The notes under the pieces: model-generated
What the model was told of the DNA's origin: nothing
Databases searched by the model: none
Seen by the model: only the letters and a program-made list of their open reading frames with translations
Source: Macrostomum lignano
Taxonomy: Eukaryota
Reading direction: 5' to 3'
Assembly: GCA_002269645.1 (NCBI GenBank)
Contig: NIVC01000189.1
Coordinates: forward strand, 62,001 to 126,000
DNA length: 64,000 bases
Made by a program: the position numbers and the translations under genes
Shown: positions 34,401 to 45,572 of the stretch, in pieces
Position numbering within the stretch: position 1 is the first letter of the stretch
Layout of the letters: each line of letters begins with the position of its first letter

Positions 34401-36556
34401 AGCGCCGGCCTTTCTACTCATTGGTTGCTGTTGTTGTTGTTGGTGCCTCGGCAACAACCGAATACGCGGAGCTGATCGATTTGTTAGCGTGCGTTCACAA
34501 AGATATATTAATACACAATCATAGTATCACGATAAAGAGGTTTCACAAGCCTCAGATTTTATAATTTCGAAAGTTCACAAGTTCGAAAGTTCACAAACTC
34601 GAAGGGTCACAAGTTCGAAAGTTCACAAACTTGAAAGTTCACAGACTCGAAAGTTCACAGACTCGAAGGGTCACAGACTCGAAGGGTCACAAATTCGAAA
34701 GTTCACAAACTCGAAAGGTCACAAGTTTTTTCAAGTTCACAAACTCGAAGGGTCACAAGTTCGAAAGTTCACAAACTCGAAAGTTCACAGACTCGAAGGG
34801 TCACAAGTTCGAAAGTTCACAAACTCGAAGGGTCACAAGTTCGAAAGTTCACAAACTCGAAGGGTCACAAGTTCGAAAGTTCACAAACTCGAAGGGTCAC
34901 AAGTTCAAAAGTTCACAAACTCGAAGGGTCACAAGTTCGAAAGTTCACAAACTCGAAGGGTCACAAGTTCGAAAGTTCACAAACTCGAAAGGTCACAAGT
35001 TCGAAAGGTCACAAACTCTAAAGTTCACAACTTTGACTTTGATGTTTTTGGCTACGTTTGATGAAAGTGATGAATTTTTATCATTACGCGTATATAAATA
35101 TAAATAATACTCGTAAAAAAATTGCCAGTGACATTAACATACAAAAATAAAATCTTGAAAGGAAGTTTTTTTTACTGGGAAAAAACTATTGATAGATTTA
35201 TTAAATAATCAAGTCTTGTATCTGTTATCTAAAAAGAACCGTAGTATAGTCTTAATCAATCGAATGAAATTCAGTATTAATTAAACAGATGTAAATTAAT
35301 AAGCTTACCGGATGGCAGGCCTGGTGAAGGCACAAAGTTACTATCGGACCCTGCTGTGTCAGGGGCGTCAACTGTGTCAGCGGCTGAAATATTAAAATGT
35401 ATGATTGAAGATTGTGGGTGGAAAGTGGGGGAGAGGGGGAGATAAGTAAGAGAGAGGGGGAGATAAGTAAGAGAGAGGGGTAGATAAGTGAGGGAGAGGG
35501 GAGATAAGTAAGAGAGAGGGGGAGATAAGTAAGAGAGAGGGGGAGATAAGTGAGGGAGAGGGGAGATAAGTGAGGGAGAGGGGAGATAAGTAAGAGAGAG
35601 GGGGAGATAAGTAAGAGAGAGGGGGAGATAAGTAAGAGAGAGGGGGAGATAAGTGAGGGAGAGGGGAGATAAGTGAGGGAGAGGGGAGATAAGTGAGGGA
35701 GAGGGAGATAAGTGAGGGAGAGGGAGATAAGTGAGGGAGAGGGAGATAAGTGAGGGAGAGGGGAGATAAGTGAGGGAGAGGGGAGATAAGTGAGGGAGAG
35801 GGGAGATAAGTGAGGGAGAGGGAGATAAGTGAGGGAGAGGGGAGATAAGTGAGGGAGAGGGGAGATAAGTGAGGGAGAGGGGAGATAAGTGAGGGAGAGG
35901 GAGATAAGTGAGGGAGAGGGAGATAAGTGAGGGAGAGGGAGATAAGTGAGGGAGAGGGGAGATAAGTGAGGGAGAGGGAGATAAGTGAGGGAGAGGGGAG
36001 ATAAGTGAGGGAGAGGGGAGATAAGTGAGGGAGAGGGAGATAAGTGAGGGAGAGGGAGATAAGTGAGGGAGAGGGGAGATAAGTGAGGGAGAGGGGAGAT
36101 AAGTGAGGGAGAGGGGAGATAAGTGAGGGAGAGGGGAGATAAGTGAGGGAGAGGGAGATAAGTGAGGGAGAGGGGAGATAAGTGAGGGAGAGGGGAGATA
36201 AGTGAGGGAGAGGGAGATAAGTGAGGGAGAGGGAGATAAGTGAGGAAGATAAGTGAGGCAGATAAAAGTAGATAAAGCAAGCTCACCCCCAGCGTTAGCC
36301 GCCTGCTCCTCCGGCAGCTTTGGTTGCTGGCCATTTTTCTTTTTTCGCTTCCATTTCCACGGCTTGAGCAGTTTGCCTAAACCGGCCAATTTGTGTCCTC
36401 GATGGACCCCAGCAGCTGCGGACTTGCTGTTGCCACTTGCGCTGCTGCCGGAAGTGGCCACAGGGAATGCTCCGTCACACCCGTCGCCGCTGCCATTTTC
36501 GGCTAGGGCTGCAGCAAGTTCTTGGGCTGATAGGCTGCCTCGAACTGCTGTGGTGC
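28429..36556 (-). CDS. PHACTR: Phosphatase and actin regulator (PHACTR family)
   Basis: Exons (minus): 36556-36287, 35383-35309, 34471-34235, 33243-33079, 32294-31771, 31073-30552, 28521-28429, with consistent phases. Motifs: LGKLLKPWKWKRKKK, KIKRKDSL, RPEL repeats RRLSQRPTPEELQCRNIL and RKLSFRPTIQELREKRII, PP1-binding tail [55 protein letters not shown]. Confidence 0.95.
28593..30466. repeat. 24/26-bp minisatellite (GAGGATCTGGGAGGCTGGTCACCT)n in last PHACTR intron
   Basis: Direct reading. Confidence 0.95.
31119..31700. repeat. ~30-bp minisatellite (TTGGGTCAAGTTGGGGATCTGGGAGGGGAG)n in PHACTR intron
   Basis: Direct reading. Confidence 0.9.
32425..33045. repeat. 20-bp minisatellite (TACTCATGAGTACTCAATAC)n with 12-bp palindrome
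   Basis: Direct reading; TACTCATGAGTA is self-complementary. Confidence 0.93.
33571..34050. repeat. 28-bp minisatellite (GAGGATCTGGGAGGCTGGCCCAGCAACT)n in PHACTR intron
   Basis: Direct reading. Confidence 0.95.
34565..35030. repeat. 32-bp (2x16) minisatellite TTCGAAAGTTCACAAACTCGAAGGGTCACAAG
   Basis: Direct reading. Confidence 0.9.
35426..36262. repeat. 20/21-bp purine-rich minisatellite (GAGATAAGTGAGGGAGAGGG)n
   Basis: Direct reading; explains the spurious minus-strand ORFs at 35252-36461. Confidence 0.95.
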
Positions 36557-39500
36557 CTGGTTGATTATAATATTGTTTAATATTGCTGCACAGAATGATG
36601 CATTGGTCATATTGGTATAAATTTGTAACCTTGTTTATTGACTTCTAATAACAATAATTTTATTAAAGCCAAAAACTCTATTCTAGAATCAAGATAAGCT
36701 AGACTGGTTTAGACAAATTTTAGTAATTAATATTTTCAATTCCTGTGGCTTACTGAGATGGAGAAAGAGAAGGAATGGAGAAGGAAGTTATATCAAGCAA
36801 TTATAACCAAATATTAGAAAATAGACCTTGAATAGTTTTAGGCCAAAAATATGGCCCATTTTTGTATTAATTTTTTTTGTATTTAAAATTGTATTAAAAA
36901 AACAAACAATTCAAAGTACCTTTTTAAATGATTTACTCAGTTTGTTTCTGTCATTATAGTAAAAAATTGTCAAAACAATATGTTATTAAAATCACTTATT
37001 ATCAAAATTATCTACATCTCTTGGCCTTGAATCGAGTTCTATTTTAGTAAGACTTAGACTTATAGTATAATAACAAAAAATTCATAATATTAATTAGTAA
37101 TAATATATACTATTAAAATCGACATGTCTATACAATTTGCTAGTAGGAAATCTGCTAGCTGAAGCTTGCTAGCAAGAATCTAATCAAAACCAGTGAGCAG
37201 CAATTTGGTTAGCCAAACTTAATATAATACAATTCAAAATTACAAGAATTTGAATGTACTTCATATACAAAATGTGTTTATTAAAAACACATTAAAATAT
37301 GGCTGCTTTGGTCAAGATAAAACCTATTTTCTTTTTTAAAGTATTTAGGAAAAGGCTGATCAGACTAAAATTATAAGCAGGTCCAACAAAACAATCATAA
37401 TTTTTTTCAAATCAGGTAGTTTAGGTAGTTAAGTTTTAACATATTTATATATAACTCTTAGTCTAAATAGCTAGCAGTAGCAGTATGAGCTATTTACTTG
37501 TATGAATCAAGGTGGCTCAAATTAGAATCAAAACCTACAATAGATAAAAAAGCAAAGTAGCAAGTTTGGCTAGCAAATTCCTGGTTGCTAGCATATTTTG
37601 GCTAGCCAGATTCCTACTACCGAATATTGGCTAGCCAAATATATTGTCATATTCAAAATTGTCATATGATAATGACAACTTGACCAAATCCATAAGACTA
37701 ACATTTAAATATGACAACCTTGAGTCTTGCCTACAGGGTAAGGGCAAGGAACCAGATTGGGAAAATAGATCAGTTAGTTAAGAAAATAATAAAAACTAAT
37801 GATGATAACCTCAACTACCAAAATTAAGTCAAATTCTTAGAAATGGAATCTAATTCAACAAAAAAGCCTATTTTTCAAACCTTAAAATTAATTTACATAT
37901 ATACAAGTAATTCATATTATTGCTAAGGAATATTATCCAAAATAAAGTTCCTATTTACATGTAAATTAACCTTGATTATTCAGTTAATAAACTATTAATT
38001 TTATTAAGAATAGGCTTCATATTTTCTATGCAAATAGTGTGGTAGGTGGGTGCCTCCCACTGAACTGTTTAAATTTTGTCCTGTTTTGGTCGTTAATTTG
38101 TCATTCATCCTGGGTTTGGCCCTCCTATGTCCACCTTAAGGTGCTGCCCTGACGTCATCCTCCCATCATCTCCCGCTCCCTGGTTCTAGCCTTTGTGCCC
38201 CTTTATCTGTTCACTGTTAATTTTGCCCATCTTCTCCGTCTTAATTTTCGTTTGGCCATAATTATGTCTGCAATGTCCATTTTAATTAATGTTTATCATT
38301 TTTATGTTTGTTATATGCCATTGTATAGACTGTTCTTTAGTATTTATAGCTCAATGTGAGCATTGTTGAAATAGTTAGTTGTTCGTTCATTTAGGTTTTG
38401 TTTGTTGCTATTTCTCCTTTAACTTTGAACTGTTAATTTCTCACATCCTAATACTTGGTTACCCAATTACTTGCGAGTTAATCAACAACTAATAGTGTCT
38501 AATTTATAGTCCCCTTTGCGGCACCATCTTGCGTCTTATAATATTTTGTCACATTAGCAATAATTATCTACAACTTATCCTACTTCTATTAATAAACAAA
38601 TTAAACTTATTACTCGTTGCTTATTAAAGACCATAGCTTATCTTGAGTCATTTGCTCGTGGGGCATAAAATGACCCAGTCTCATCTCAAAGAAAGCTCTG
38701 AGACTTCTACATTTTATAATATGTAAATTATGGTGGTGGCAGCGCTACTCTTCTAATAGTAATCAGTCAAGCAATCAAAGCGCATTAACTATGGTGTCTG
38801 AGGACCCTCCCCGAACGCTTGTGCCTAACGAAGACTGCTCGCCTACGACTTAAACTACCCTCCCCCTAGAATTGAGGACCCTGGGAGTCGGAGTAAAACA
38901 AGAGGAAGATTCCGTTGCAATTTGTTTGCGCGATATTTCTGGATTTAATTTGTGCCAATTCAATGTCAGTGGCAACACTGGCAATTCAAAGTAAAACTGC
39001 CCCACCTCATTTGTGTTAGCAAACCAGCAAAAATAAATTTATCGCCAAATTCCTCCCATACCCCTTTTATTTTGCTTTCTCCGCCCTACCTCAATAGCAT
39101 AAATTTAAATTAAAGTTGCAAATTGTTTTGATGGTAAACAAAAACATGTTGCCACTATGAGTTGAGATCCTTATGTAGCCAGTATAATATAATAATCAAT
39201 ATAACAATTTAATAAATGTAGCATTGTCCAATACTGAGAAAATGACAATTTAGATAATTGAATTGTTTTTCTTGTAAATCATAAATGACATCTCAAATCT
39301 GACAATTTCAGCTAGAATGGAACCCCTGAGATACCCTTGCCTTACCTTACTTCCCTCATTTTGCTCTGCCCTAGCCTAGGCTAAATTTGCCTTGAATTTT
39401 CAATGAAAAAGCCATCTTCCGAAGCATGGCAATAAGTTTTACTTTATATAACTTTTAATTTTAATGACAAAGTCATGCGTTTTTTTAAACAACCAAATTA

Positions 39501-39592
39501 TATGACTAGGCCTAGGGACCTATGGTTTTGGATATAAATATTAGGCCCTAGTATAAAAACGAAATAGAGCTTATAAATGCAATCATATTTAC

Positions 39593-39815
39593 CTGTTTGT
39601 TCAATTAACCCTAGACTGTTAACACAATTGCTGCATGTGTAATCACAATTGGCATGGCTGCATGGTACAATCTTATCAACAATACTTAAGGGTAGTTTTG
39701 AAGCTGCATCAGTTGGTTCTTCCTCAACATTTTTTAAATTTGAAGCATTCGTTTCTGCCGCTCCACTGTGAATGCCATTTAATCCTTGAGTTGGAACACT
39801 AGTACTCCTTTGCAT
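39593..39815 (-). CDS. Candidate first coding exon of PHACTR (MQRSTSVPTQG...CSHANCDYTCSNC...EQTG)
   Basis: ATG at 39815; 223 nt to a G|GTAAAT phase-1 donor that fits the phase-1 acceptor at 36557. AT-richer than the other exons, so tentative. Confidence 0.45.
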
Positions 39816-41023
39816 TGCAATAGCATAATATATCAATATTAGATTTTTAAGGTACGTCAAACGAATTTATTAACTCAAATATTTCAGTAGAAAAAGACAG
39901 CACTTTAAATAGTTGGATTGGATTTGGAACAACGAAGATTAGAGCTTGAATTTATACCATACAGTTTTACTAAGTAATTAAGGTCACGAAACTTGACAAC
40001 AGTAGCGCCTACAAGTTTTAACTTTAATCCAATTTGTGAGCCTATTTAACCGGCCTTTTTAACTGCTTTATTCTTCGGTTTTCACTACGATTTCTTTTAG
40101 ATTTCTATGAAAGAGATCTTCCGTATAATGTTTATGAGTTAATAACAACTATTAAAACCAAAATAGAAATAAGTAAAAAAAATTATTGCATTAAAGAAGT
40201 AAAACGTTAATTTTTATTCGTTTTAATTTTAAAAAAACTAGATAATAGCCATATATTAAAAGCATGGAAATGTAATAGATTTTTGTTTCGAATGAGAAAA
40301 GAAATTAACGAATATATCCTGTACATATTTGGATATTTCACAAATCATTTTTTGTAAGGATTATCGAGTTATGCGCGTGAAACTTCGGTTTTAAACTCAA
40401 AATCACTTTAGAATCGCAAAGCTAATGCAAATACAAACCAAAATGCAATGCAAATGAAAATTTACAAGGCAACCAATGTGCATTTTTACATGTACACCAT
40501 ATAACTGATGGTTTCCTTACATGATTTCGTTTGTACTGTACATTCCATAAGTAAAGAGGCGGCAGACTTTAAAAAAGACAGAAGTGGGGAGCTACAAGTA
40601 GTGAGATTTCAGTCACTCGAGAGCGTTAAATCATGTCCATGCGCACTTACATATGTAACTTGTTATTTTCAGTACAAAAAAGCAGTCATGTGACAATATA
40701 AATTCTGCTTTTCTAAAGCAGTATAGAGCGAGAAGTTCCACTTTAACTGAGCACACTTTAGCTAAGTCAGCTAGCTTTTTCTAATGTGTGCGACCAACCA
40801 ATATAGCTATATGAAATATGAATTTCAGCCATATGGCTGGCATATTTTTATTTTTTGACGAAACATGTAGATACACATTGTAAATCACATTGTCACCGTC
40901 TAATCGGCCACACCTCGATGCTTTTTCGTGTTCGTGCCATTAGTTCTGTTTGTACCCTCGGGTGACTGCACTGAAACGAAAACATGTATTTTTGATACCA
41001 GCTTTATTTCAAGGACCACACTG

Positions 41024-41800
41024 TACGAGGGGCACTAATAAAATTGGGAGCTACATCTAAACAGAAGCAGCTATGAATCTGAAATTTTCACAGCTTCTCA
41101 AAGTATTTTCTACCAGCCTGGATGCAGCGCCTCATCCTCTGAAAACCAGGTGACGAAGCAGTGGTGCCACTCGGAAGTCGACATCCCTTGGTCGACCATC
41201 TGCTTGCTGGTGCTCCTGCCTCGCACGACCTTCGTTAGCGGCACCTTGTCTGGAAACGCCCGCACCTACGACTGGCACTTGAACTTTGGCTCGTAGCAGT
41301 AGACTTAAGTCACGTCGCATGTCACGATGTCAGTGACCGCTTTCGACGCTGCATCGCTGTTCTTTTGTAGCATCTGGCGGCACCAATCGACCCTAGCCTG
41401 TTTCTGCTTAGGCTGCGCCAGGTGGGACACCCAGCGACTGGTCAGCTTGCGCAAGCCGATGTGGTCGTGAAGGATTTTAGCGATTGCCGGCGAATGGATG
41501 CTCAGGGATGCCTCGATCTCCTTGTAGTTTACCCGCCTGACAGCTTCAACCAGATGGCGGACACGAGCCACTGTTTCTGGTGTCGCGACAGTTGAAGGTC
41601 GGCAGCTGTACGCTCCTCATTTTCCAACGAGTCTCGGCCACAACGAAACTCGCGGAACCAGTTGCTGACAGTTGCAGGCGATGGAGCAGCTTCTGCGAAA
41701 GCCACTACTGACAGCCTTTCGTGGCATTGGTGGCAACCAAGGCCGCTGCGATAGTCATAAAAAAATTATAGCACAAAAGTGCTCGCGATTCAGTTTCATG
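41024..41800 (-). mobile_element. Degenerate Tc1/mariner transposon (frameshifted, truncated transposase)
   Basis: Fragments MKLNREHFCAIIFYDYRSGL, ATVSNWFREFRCGRDSLEN, RHLVEAVRRVNYKEIEASLSI..KILHDHIGLRKLTSRWVSHL..QKQARVDWC..DIVTCDVT, YCYEPK..KVVRGRSTSKQMV resemble mariner transposases. One TIR-like end TACGAGGGGCACTAATAAAATT at 41024; the partner TIR was not found. Confidence 0.85.
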
Positions 41801-42084
41801 AGCTCCGCCGGAAAGTGGGCAGAGGTGTTGAATTTATCTGGCTCTAGCGGCTGAATTCTGCAAGATATTTGCGTGAAGTTTTATCCAACCTTAGTTTATC
41901 TATTTAGTAATTTTTTTGTCTATACATGTAGTCAGAGACTATTTAACTATGTAATGGCGCAGATTTTTGTGAGAAACATCATTCATAACCATGTTGCATG
42001 CGGATGTACAATCGTAGTTGTTGGTATTTCTTTCGTGTCTACGAGTAACTTACACGACACATATTTAGCATTTTATATACAATA

Positions 42085-42425
42085 CAAACTTCTGCTACCT
42101 GGGGTTGCTTGCTATCTGGGGGATGCTTGCTACCTGGGGTTGCTTGCTATCTGGGGGATGCTTGCTATTTAGGGATGCTTGCTATTTAGGGTTGCTTGCT
42201 ATCTGGGGGATGTTTGCTATCTGGGGGATGCTTGCTATCTGGGGTTTCTTGCTATCTGGGGTTGCTTGCTATTTAGGGATGCTTGCTACCTGGGGTTGCT
42301 TACTATCTGGGGGATGCTTGCTGTCTGGGTTTGCTTGCTATCTGGGGTTTCTTGCTATCTGGGGTTGCTTGCTATCTGGGGGATGCTTTTTATTCAGGGG
42401 GAAGCTTGCTATCTGGGGGATGCCT
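42085..42425. repeat. ~17-18-bp minisatellite (TGCTTGCTATCTGGGGG)n
   Basis: Direct reading. Confidence 0.88.
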
Positions 42426-42612
42426 TCTACCTCGAAGTATTCAGAGGGAATGCCTGCTATCTTTAGTGACGGTTTTTTGGCTTTATTTTCTTCTATCCTT
42501 TTGTTACTTTTTGCAAAAAGAGATTCATAGCCAACATCTTTGTCCGTCCATGACAATTTTACTCGAATAAGGTGATTTATAAAACTGAAGAAGGAATTGG
42601 TTCTTAAGAACA

Positions 42613-43558
42613 TGTGCTTTTTTAATGGATTTGCAGGAATAATTTTGCTCCTTCCGTATTGAGCTTGCTTATAATCTAGTGCCCGAAGGTATAACGAGAC
42701 AAACGATTAGTAATAATGATTTAATTACGCACTGGCAAACGGATCCCAGCTTGAAGAAGAAAAAAAAGAGAAACCGAACAGGACCACGGAGAAGACTCCT
42801 AACCCCTGGCCTAAACCAGAACCTACACTCAAACGAGAGCCCTGCCGAATCGACCGTTCAACGGAGCACTGACTAAGTTCTATCAGCTCTGCCCTTCAGT
42901 GTGACACTGAGGCCCTCGGGGTCGAGGCCGCGTACTTGATCAGATCCGACAGTCTCTATCTAACCGCGCTTGATAGCGACGACTTCAGACAGAAATTTGC
43001 CGTAGACGTTACGCTACAAGGCTGGAGCGGTTGGGCGGGGGACAAAAATATGGACCGGGGTGATGAACTCAAGCGCCTCAAAGCGCGAACCAAAACAAGG
43101 GCAAGCGGCCGGAAAGCTGGACAAAACCAAGAACCGGGGAAAGAAGGCGAGATCCGATTGCCAAACACACTTTCATATATTGTCAGAGTCAAACCCTCAC
43201 AACCCCCTCAAGCCGGGTGGTGGTCGTCTGGCCGGCCGCCCGCTAAGCCGACTTGCACTGTGCCCGCGGCGCCGGGTAGAACTGGAACTTGCCGCGTGCC
43301 AGGGTCCAGGCCGGTTCTGATTGGCTGGCCGCGCAAAGCTGGGGTTCGCAGAAAAACTCAACCCTCCGCTGAGTCACAGAATTGGCGTCTAACTCTAACC
43401 TGTTTACAATTTTAGATTTTAACTAACAAGAAAAAGTACATCAAAAACGCATGACTAAACTAAAGCAAAATACAATAATTCAATAACAATAATGCAAAAC
43501 CTAACTAATAGAATACAAGGCTATCGCAAAAGATGCTCACACTACACTCCCCCCTCCT
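42613..43558 (-). mobile_element. PPT and putative 3' LTR
   Basis: PPT directly followed by TGT; AGCCAATCAG CCAAT box near 43320; possible ATTAAA...GCACA end near 42613. Confidence 0.55.
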
Positions 43559-44522
43559 AAAAGAAGTAGAGTACAAGAAGAAAAACTTGAAAAATTCGAA
43601 ATACGCGTAACATACTACTTCCAGTAAGCAAATGAGTACTATATAAAAGGTAGGGTGGGCGCTTCGACCCTCACTGTCTCCACAGCGGAATTCTTATCGC
43701 AATGTACCACGACGCTTATCTCTAATTAGGTGCCTCGACGATAATTAAGTTCCACCCACGCTCCCGTGGCGGACTAACACTCAGCTCGCGAAGACTATCG
43801 CCCATTGGCTGCAGTTTTCCGTCTTGCCCAGGACAATTATTTAAGCGCCCAACGAGGCTCAGACGGCGCCCCGATTCGCATCCAACTACTCTACTTCACC
43901 CGCTGCCCGAGCGATAACTTGACAAGACGACCTCGCGGAACCGTACAACCAATGATGACTAAAGCCTAGCCAACTACCAACAACAGTCGCTCGCCAGCTA
44001 CGGGTCCCGCTTAACACGTGGTGGGGTGCGCATATACAAGCACTCAAACCTGTCAGCAGCCGCGTGGGTGTCGACTCGAAAGCGCGCCACGCTGCAAACC
44101 GTTACTGAGCCGTCCTCTTCTAGCTGGCGGCGGTAACCGGCGCCGAACAACGACTCGCAGCGGCCAGCGGGCAAAACGCCCCCGATCGACGTTGACGCGG
44201 ACCCAGTGCCGTTGCGTCCCTTAAAGGCGAGCCCTTCCGCCTGACAGGCCGTGCGGATGTCGTCGATGCTCGTGTCTGGCATACGCTGGCGCGGTGTAAA
44301 AGCAATGGCCACCGACACGGCCGTCGCCATCGTGTCGAACAACTCGGGCATCGGCGAAGCCAGCGTGCTTTTCCAAGAGCCCAACTGCTCTGTAGTTCTA
44401 GAGAAACCCCAAAACTAGCGATTTACCCCCGCCCTAATTATTTCCCCGGGTTGAAACTACTGATAGTAGGCAAAAAGCAAATTTCAACCCACAATAATTC
44501 TCGTTCCTAAGATAATCCCCTA

Positions 44523-45572
44523 CTACATTAGTAAGCCTTCAGCAACATAGAATGGATGCGTAATCTCGCAATCCCCGAATCTAACGCGCAATGCTACTTG
44601 GCCTAATAAATTTGAAGTCTGGCCATTTGCGGATCGCATATTTACTGAGCATGGCTTCAAACTATGATTTGCTGGATAGAGGCGCTGATATAATTTATTA
44701 TCAATTAGGCAATTCGAGGCGCCGGTGTCAACTAATATTTTTTCGCTTAATCCGTTAATCTGGCTATCGAGCAATAATCCTGAGTTTACTAATAGGCTAG
44801 ATATGTCTGCTTCTACGGTCTTCTCTTGCTTCTCTGTTGCTTTCTTTTCAGTTGCCACATCTCGCTGGATGGCTGTCTCTAACTTTCTTAATTCCTGCTT
44901 CATTTCCCTAAGTTCAGCTCCAAGTTCTGCTGTCGTTGCACTCTTGTCAGGTTCTTCTTTCGCTGATTCTTCTTGGACTTTCCCTACCAAGCATTGGCGC
45001 AAGTCCTTCAATTCGGTTCTTAGATCTGATAATTCTTTTACTACTTTAGATTCGTCCGCTGAAGCTTTCTTTCCTTCTACTTCACTGAGTCGCAAGTCTA
45101 TGCTGTTCAATGCACTTCTCTGAGCTGCCGCAGCTTCGCTTCGTTCCTCTAATTCTTCTGTCAATTGCTCTGACTGTCTAGCTAAGCTCGCTGACTTCTG
45201 TTTATCGATTTCTGCTAATTTGCGTTCCTCGCTTGAGCAAATTTTAACATTGACTGCTCTCTGTTTTCTACTATGAGTAGTATCGCTAGTGCGGATAAAT
45301 TTTACTGTCGCCCTCTGGCGCAGAAAGTGCATAATTTCGTAATCAGTTGCTATATTAGTATTAATCACATGAAAGAAAATATCTCTATTATTGCTATCTC
45401 GCAGGAATCCGTAGCCTCTGTAATAATTATACCAAACTAAATTGCCATATTCTACATTGCCTGATCTAACTCGCTGGTCTTCTACTGCTGCGACTCTTCT
45501 ACTGGGAGCAAATCGGTTTAGTGGCTGGGGGCGGTTGGCCCTCCATTGGTGCCGCCCCGTCGGTAGTTTAAA
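44523..45572 (-). CDS. -1 frame ORF: cold-shock domain + coiled coil + retropepsin
   Basis: The frame is open from 45581 to the stop at 44523. It encodes YGNLVWYNYYRGYGFLRDSNNRDIFFHVINTNIATDYEIMHFLRQRATVKFIRTSDTTHSRKQRAVNVK (45449-45243), ~150 aa of heptad-rich sequence, and KILVDTGASNCLI (DTG at 44729-44721). Confidence 0.8.
   Translation of the reverse strand, partial: FKLPTGRHQWRANRPQPLNRFAPSRRVAAVEDQRVRSGNVEYGNLVWYNYYRGYGFLRDSNNRDIFFHVINTNIATDYEIMHFLRQRATVKFIRTSDTTHSRKQRAVNVKICSSEERKLAEIDKQKSASLARQSEQLTEELEERSEAAAAQRSALNSIDLRLSEVEGKKASADESKVVKELSDLRTELKDLRQCLVGKVQEESAKEEPDKSATTAELGAELREMKQELRKLETAIQRDVATEKKATEKQEKTVEADISSLLVNSGLLLDSQINGLSEKILVDTGASNCLIDNKLYQRLYPANHSLKPCSVNMRSANGQTSNLLGQVALRVRFGDCEITHPFYVAEGLLM

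Noticed and set aside
35426-36262. About 40 AGATAAG GATA-factor motifs
   Set aside because: Expected by-product of a purine-rich repeat unit; no independent support.
35252-36334. Long SLTYLPSPSLISPL ORFs continuous with the PHACTR exon
   Set aside because: Minisatellite inside a GT-AG intron (donor 36286, acceptor 35384).
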